The notes beneath the pieces were generated by a model. The model was not told the origin of the DNA. It ran no database searches and worked only from the letters and a program-made list of their open reading frames with translations. The position numbers were made by a program, and so were the translations under genes. DNA of 64,000 nucleotides from Auanema rhodensis (Eukaryota > Animalia > Nematoda): contig OZ059896.1 of NCBI GenBank assembly GCA_964057225.1, positions 1,054,001-1,118,000 on the forward strand, read 5' to 3'. Every line of letters begins with the position of its first letter. Position 1 is the first letter of the stretch. Shown here piece after piece: positions 56,503-64,000 of the stretch.

Positions 56503-59500
56503 ACTAATTTTTGTATTAAGCTTTTCTTAATGTAGTATAGTGCATTCGATGCGGATTTTTAAGCTGCGTCGATCTGTGTTATCAAATTTCCGCTAGCTTA
56601 AAAATGCACCGAGATATCAACTGATATAAGTTCACACTTATATCCTCGGTTTTCACCCTGAAGAATTAATTTTTTCGTTGAATAACATTGTCCATCGTTT
56701 TTGCCTCGAAAAAAGGAATCTAAAAACATCTACTTTTCGCTAAATTATTTTGAAATTTTTTGAAAAAATTTTTGTCAAAATGTTTTTGGAAGCAATTTGG
56801 AGTGTACATGGAAACTCAACATACACTAATGCATCATTTTTCAAACGATCATAACTAATTTTTGTATTAAGCGTTTCTCAATGTAGTATAGTGCATTCGA
56901 TGCGGATGTTTAAGCTGCGTCGATCTGTACTATCAGATTTGCGCTGGCTTGAAAATGCACCGAGATATCAACTGATATAAGTTCACACCTATATCCTCGA
57001 TTTTCACCCTGAAGAATTAATTTTTTCGTTGAATAACATTGTCCATCGTTTTTGCCTTGAAAAAAGGAATCTAAAAACATCTACTTTTTGCTAAATTATT
57101 CTGAAATTTTTCGAAAAAATTTTTGTCAAAATGTTTTTGGAAGCAATTTTGAGTGTACATGGAAACTCAACATACACTAATGCATCATTTTTCAAACGAT
57201 CATAACTTATTTTTGTATTAAGCGTTTCTCAATGTAGTATAGTGCATTCGATGCGGATTTTTAAGCTGCGTCGATCTGTGTTATCAAATTTCCGCTAGCT
57301 TAAAAATGCACCGAGATATCAACTGATATAAGTTCACACTTATATCCTCGGTTTTCACCCTGAAGAATTAATTTTTTCGTTGAATAACATTGTCCATCGT
57401 TTTTGCCTCGAAAAAAGGAATCTAAAAACATCTACTTTTCGCTAAATTATTTTGAAATTTTTTGAAAAAATTTTTGTCAAAATGTTTTTGGAAGCAATTT
57501 GGAGTGTACATGGAAACTCAACATACACTAATGCATCATTTTTCAAACGATCATAACTAATTTTTGTATTAAGCGTTTCTCAATGTAGTATAGTGCATTC
57601 GATGCGAATGTTTAAGCTGCGTCGATCTGTACTATCAGATTTGCGCTGGCTTGAAAATGCACCGAGATATCAACTGATATAAGTTCACACCTATATCCTC
57701 GATTTTCACCCTGAAGAATTAATTTTTTCGTTGAATAACATTGTCCATCGTTTTTGCCTTGAAAAAAGGAATCTAAAAACATCTACTTTTTGCTAAATTA
57801 TTCTGAAATTTTTCGAAAAAATTTTTGTCAAAATGTTTTTGGAAGCAATTTTGAGTGTACATGGAAACTCAACATACACTAATGCATCATTTTTCAAACG
57901 ATCATAACTTATTTTTGTATTAAGCGTTTCTCAATGTAGTATAGTGCATTCGATGCGGATTTTTAAGCTGCGTCGATCTGTACTATCAGATTTGCGCTAG
58001 CTCGAAAATGCACCGAGATATCAACTGATATAAGTTCACACTTATATCCTCGATTTTCACCCTGAAGAATTAATTTTTTCGTTGAATAACATTGTCCATC
58101 GTTTTTGCCTCGAAAAAAGGAATCTAAAAACAACTACTTTTCGCTAAATTATTTTGAAATTTTCGAAAAAATTTTTGTCAAAATGTTTTTGGAAGCAATG
58201 TTGAGTGTACATGGAAACTCAACATACACTAATGCATCATTTTTCAAACGATCATAACTAAATTTTGTATTAAGCGTTTCTCAATGTAGTATAGTGCATT
58301 CGATGCGGATTTTTAAGCTGCGTCGATCTGTACTATCAGATTTGCGCTAGCTTGAAAATGCACCGAGATATCAACTGATATAAGTTCACACTTATATCCT
58401 CGATTTTCACCCTGAAGAATTAATTTTTTCGTTGAATAACATTGTCCATCGTTTTTGCCTCGAAAAAAGGAATCTAAAAACATCTACTTTTCGCTAAATT
58501 ATTTTGAAATTTTTCGAAAAAATTTTTGTCAAAATGTTTTTGGAAGCAATTTTGAGTGTACATGGAAACTCAACATACACTAATGCATCATTTTCCAAAC
58601 GATCATAACTAACTTTTGTATTAAGCTTTTCTTAATGTAGTATATTGCATTCGATGCGGGTTTTTAAGCTGCGTCGATCTGTGTTATCAGATTTCCGCTA
58701 GCTTAAAAAGGCACCGAGATATCAACTGATATAAGTTCACACTTATATCCTCGATTTTCACCCTGAAGAATTAATTTTTTCGTTGAATAACATTGTCCAT
58801 CGTTTTTTCCTCAAAAAAAGGAATCTGAAAACATCTACTTTTCGCTAAATTATTTTGAAATTTTTCGAAAAAATTTTTGTCAAAATGTTTTTGGAAGCAA
58901 TTTTGAGTGTACATGGAAACTCAACATACACTAATGCATCATTTTCCAAACGATCATAACTAACTTTTGTATTAAGCTTTTCTTAATGTAGTATATTGCA
59001 TTCGATGCGGATTTTTAAGCTGCGTCGATCTGTGTTATCAGATTTCCGCTAGCTTAAAAAGGCACCGAGATATCAACTGATATAAGTTCACACTTATATC
59101 CTCGATTTTCACCCTGAAGAATTAATTTTTTCGTTGAATAACATTGTCCATCGTTTTTGCCTCAAAAAAAGGAATCTGAAAACATCTACTTTTCGCTAAA
59201 TTATTTTGAAATTTTTCGAAAAAATTTTTGTCAAAATGTTTTTGGAAGCAATTTTGAGTGTACATGGAAACTCAACATACACTAATGCATCATTTTTCAA
59301 ACGATCATAACTAATTTTGGTATAAAGCGTTTCTCAATGTAGTATAGTGCATTCGATGCGGATTTTTAAGCTGCGTCGATCTGTACTATCAGATTTGCGC
59401 TAGCTTGAAAATGCACCGAGATATGAACTGATATAAGTTCACACTTATATCCTCGATTTTCACCCTGAAGAATTAATTTTTTCGTTGAATAACATTGTCC

Positions 59501-62500
59501 ATCGTTTTTGCCTCGAAAAAAGGAATCTAAAAACATCTACTTTTCGCTAAATTATTTTGAAATTTTTCGAAAAAATTTTTGTCAAAATGTTTTTGGAAGC
59601 AATTTTGAGTGTACATGGAAACTCAACATACACTAATGCATCATTTTTCAAACGATCATAACTAATTTTTGTATTAAGCGTTTCTCAATGTAGTATAGTG
59701 CATTCGATGCGGATTTTTAAGCTGCGTCGATCTGTACTATCAGATTTGCGCTAGCTTGAAAATGCACCGAGATATCAACTGATATAAGTTCACACCTATA
59801 TCCTCGATTTTCACCCTGAAGAATTAATTTTTTCGTTGAATAACATTGTCCATCGTTTTTGCCTTGAAAAAAGGAATCTAAAAACATCTACTTTTCGCTA
59901 AATTATTTTGAAATTTTTTGAAAAAATTTTTGTCAAAATGTTTTTGGAAGCAATTTTGAGTGTACATGGAAACTCAACATACACTAATGCATCATTTTTC
60001 AAACGATCATAACTAATTTTTGTATTAAGCGTTTCTCAATGTAGTATAGTGCATTCGATGCGGATTTTTAAGCTGCGTCGATCTGTACTATCAGATTTGC
60101 GCTAGCTTGAAAATGCACCGAGATATCAACTGATATAAGTTCACACTTATATCCTCGATTTTCACCCTGAAGAATTAATTTTTTCGTTGAATAACATTGT
60201 CCATCGTTTTTGCCTCGAAAAAAGGAATCTAAAAACATCTACTTTTCGCTAAATTATTTTGAAATTTTTCGAAAAAATTTTTGTCAAAATGTTTTTGGAA
60301 GCAATTTTGAGTGTACATGGAAACTCAACATACACTAATGCATCATTTTCCAAACGATCATAACTAACTTTTGTATTAAGCTTTTCTTAATGTAGTATAT
60401 TGCATTCGATGCGGGTTTTTAAGCTGCGTCGATCTGTGTTATCAGATTTCCGCTAGCTTAAAAAGGCACCGAGATATCAACTGATATAAGTTCACACTTA
60501 TATCCTCGATTTTCACCCTGAAGAATTAATTTTTTCGTTGAATAACATTGTCCATCGTTTTTTCCTCAAAAAAAGGAATCTGAAAACATCTACTTTTCGC
60601 TAAATTATTTTGAAATTTTTCGAAAAAATTTTTGTCAAAATGTTTTTGGAAGCAATTTTGAGTGTACATGGAAACTCAACATACACTAATGCATCATTTT
60701 CCAAACGATCATAACTAACTTTTGTATTAAGCTTTTCTTAATGTAGTATATTGCATTCGATGCGGATTTTTAAGCTGCGTCGATCTGTGTTATCAGATTT
60801 CCGCTAGCTTAAAAAGGCACCGAGATATCAACTGATATAAGTTCACACTTATATCCTCGATTTTCACCCTGAAGAATTAATTTTTTCGTTGAATAACATT
60901 GTCCATCGTTTTTGCCTCAAAAAAAGGAATCTGAAAACATCTACTTTTCGCTAAATTATTTTGAAATTTTTCGAAAAAATTTTTGTCAAAATGTTTTTGG
61001 AAGCAATTTTGAGTGTACATGGAAACTCAACATACACTAATGCATCATTTTTCAAACGATCATAACTAATTTTGGTATAAAGCGTTTCTCAATGTAGTAT
61101 AGTGCATTCGATGCGGATTTTTAAGCTGCGTCGATCTGTACTATCAGATTTGCGCTAGCTTGAAAATGCACCGAGATATGAACTGATATAAGTTCACACT
61201 TATATCCTCGATTTTCACCCTGAAGAATTAATTTTTTCGTTGAATAACATTGTCCATCGTTTTTGCCTCGAAAAAAGGAATCTAAAAACATCTACTTTTC
61301 GCTAAATTATTTTGAAATTTTTCGAAAAAATTTTTGTCAAAATGTTTTTGGAAGCAATTTTGAGTGTACATGGAAACTCAACATACACTAATGCATCATT
61401 TTTCAAACGATCATAACTAATTTTTGTATTAAGCGTTTCTCAATGTAGTATAGTGCATTCGATGCGGATTTTTAAGCTGCGTCGATCTGTACTATCAGAT
61501 TTGCGCTAGCTTGAAAATGCACCGAGATATCAACTGATATAAGTTCACACCTATATCCTCGATTTTCACCCTGAAGAATTAATTTTTTCGTTGAATAACA
61601 TTGTCCATCGTTTTTGCCTTGAAAAAAGGAATCTAAAAACATCTACTTTTCGCTAAATTATTTTGAAATTTTTTGAAAAAATTTTTGTCAAAATGTTTTT
61701 GGAAGCAATTTTGAGTGTACATGGAAACTCAACATACACTAATGCATCATTTTTCAAACGATCATAACTAATTTTTGTATTAAGCGTTTCTCAATGTAGT
61801 ATAGTGTATTCGATGCGGATTTTTAAGCTGCGTCGATCTGTACTATCAGATTTGCGCTAGCTTGAAAATGCACCGAGATATCAACTGATATAAGTTCACA
61901 CCTATATCCTCGATTTTCACCCTGAAGAATTAATTTTTTCGTTGAATAACATTGTCCATCGTTTTTGCCTTGAAAAAAGGAATCTAAAAACATCTACTTT
62001 TCGCTAAATTATTTTGAAATTTTTTGAAAAAATTTTTGTCAAAATGTTTTTGGAAGCAATTTTGAGTGTACATGGAAACCCAACATACACTAATGCATCA
62101 TTTTTCAAACGATCATAACTAATTTTTGTATTAAGCGTTTCTCAATGTAGTATAGTGCATTCGATGCGGATTTTTAAGCTGCGTCGATCTGTACTATCAG
62201 ATTTGCGCTAGCTTGAAAATGCACCGAGATATGAACTGATATAAGTTCACACTTATATCCTCGATTTTCACCCTGAAGAATTAATTTTTTCGTTGAATAA
62301 CATTGTCCATCGTTTTTGCCTCGAAAAAAGGAATCTAAAAACATCTACTTACCGCTAAATTATTTTGAAATTTTTCGAAAAAATTTTTGTCAAAATGTTT
62401 TTGGAAGCAATTTTGAGTGTACATGGAAACTCAACATACACTAATGCATCATTTTTCAAACGATCATAACTAATTTTTGTATTAAGCGTTTCTCAATGTA

Positions 62501-64000
62501 GTATAGTGCATTCGATGCGGATTTTTAAGCTGCGTCGATCTGTGTTATCAGATTTCCGCTAGCTTAAAAAGGCACCGAGATATCAACTGATATAAGTTCA
62601 CACTTATATCCTCGATTTTCACCCTGAAGAATTAATTTTTTCGTTGAATAACATTGTCCATCGTTTTTGCCTCAAAAAAAGGAATCTGAAAACATCTACT
62701 TTTCGCTAAATTATTTTGAAATTTTTCGAAAAAATTTTTGTCAAAATGTTTTTGGAAGCAATTTTGAGTGTACATGGAAACTCAACATACACTAATGCAT
62801 CATTTTTCAAACGATCATAACTAATTTTGGTATAAAGCGTTTCTCAATGTAGTATAGTGCATTCGATGCGGATTTTTAAGCTGCGTCGATCTGTACTATC
62901 AGATTTGCGCTAGCTTGAAAATGCACCGAGATATCAACTGATATAAGTTCACACTTATATCCTCGATTTTCACCCTATAGAATTAATTTTTTCGTTGAAT
63001 AACATTGTCCATCGTTTTTGCCTCGAAAAAAGGAATCTAAAAACATCTACTTTTCGCTAAATTATTTTGAAATTTTTCGAAAAAATTTTTGTCAAAATGT
63101 TTTTGGAAGCAATTTTGAGTGTACATGGAAACTCAACATACACTAATGCATCATTTTTCAAACGATCATAACTAATTTTTGTATTAAGCGTTTCTCAATG
63201 TAGTATAGTGCATTCGATGCGGATTTTTAAGCTGCGTCGATCTGTACTATCAGATTTGCGCTAGCTTGAAAATGCACCGAGATATGAACTGATATAAGTT
63301 CACACTTATATCCTCGATTTTCACCCTGAAGAATTAATTTTTTCGTTGAATTACATTGTCCTTCGTTTTTGCCTTGAAAAAAGGAATCTAAAAACATCTA
63401 CTTTTCGCTAAATTATTTTGAAATTTTTCGAAAAAATTTTTGTCAAAATGTTTTTGGAAGCAATTTTGAGTGTACATGGAAACTCAACATACACTAATGC
63501 ATCATTTTTCAAACGATCATAACTAATTTTGGTATTAAGCGTTTCTCAATGTGATATAGTGCATTCGATGCGGATTTTTAAGCTGCGTCGATCTGTGTTA
63601 TCAAATTTCCGCTAGCTTAAAAATGCACCGAGATATCAACTGATATAAGTTCACACTTATATCCTCGGTTTTCACCCTGAAGAATTAATTTTTTCGTTGA
63701 ATAACATTGTCCATCGTTTTTGCCTCGAAAAAAGGAATCTAAAAACATCTACTTTTCGCTAAATTATTTTGAAATTTTTTGAAAAAATTTTTGTCAAAAT
63801 GTTTTTGGAAGCAATTTGGAGTGTACATGGAAACTCAACATACACTAATGCATCATTTTTCAAACGATCATAACTAATTTTTGTATTAAGCGTTTCTCAA
63901 TGTAGTATAGTGCATTCGATGCGGATTTTTAAGCTGCGTCGATCTGTACTATCAGATTTGCGCTAGCTTGAAAATGCACCGAGATATGAACTGATATAAG
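56503..64000 (+). repeat. 18-mer higher-order repeat, copy 2, extended by an internal 5-monomer duplication (23-mer, truncated by the window end)
   Basis: Markers in the later part of the unit are offset by 8072 bp (6317+1755): GAAACCCAAC (~54007/62079), CTTACCGC (~54279/62351), GTGATATAG (~55480/63552). GCGGGTTT appears twice, at ~58660 and ~60415. Confidence 0.9.

Larger units (their letters stand above)
1..64000. repeat. Tandem satellite DNA array, 351-bp monomer, about 182.4 copies, single orientation, running off both window ends
   Basis: ACTAATTTTTGTATTAAGCG recurs at 1, 352, 703, 1054, 1405 and onward to 63873. Monomer 183 starts 10 bp earlier than 182x351+1 predicts, matching the ten 1-bp deletions I located (~1670, 19821, 20873, 21223, 21573, 26134, 33245, 49039, 51846, 58163). 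No non-repeat sequence was seen. Confidence 0.99.

Noticed and set aside
1-64000. CRISPR array or other repeat-spacer or cassette system
   Set aside because: There are no unique spacers. The whole 351 bp repeats, and no cas, integrase or recombinase gene is present.
1-64000. Artefactual concatemer (rolling-circle or sequencing artefact)
   Set aside because: Variants are linked, recur in ordered higher-order patterns and change by domain, which random read error on a single template would not produce. Local mis-assembly cannot be excluded.

Overview
The whole 64-kb window is one uninterrupted head-to-tail array of a 351-bp AT-rich satellite monomer (about 68% A+T, hand count of monomer 1). 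It holds 182 complete monomers plus a 128-bp partial copy at the right end (63873-64000), all in one orientation and differing from the majority sequence at only a few positions each. I see no genes, RNA genes, transposons, CRISPR arrays or unique spacers; the listed ORFs are TTG-started by-products of monomer variants. The size, composition and homogeneity fit eukaryotic (peri)centromeric or heterochromatic satellite DNA, but I cannot name the family or host. Two kinds of structure are present. (1) The monomer is largely built from inverted repeats, including a 22-bp-stem hairpin at monomer positions 53-103 and a perfect 9-bp stem at 121-142. (2) Diagnostic variants divide the array into about four domains with nested higher-order repeats (2-, 3-, 4-, 5-, 7/8- and 18-mers, the second 18-mer extended to a 23-mer). 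The sequence alone gives no evidence of a new gene-encoded system. Variant labels such as G98A refer to positions within the monomer, with window position 1 as monomer position 1; Mn means monomer number n.
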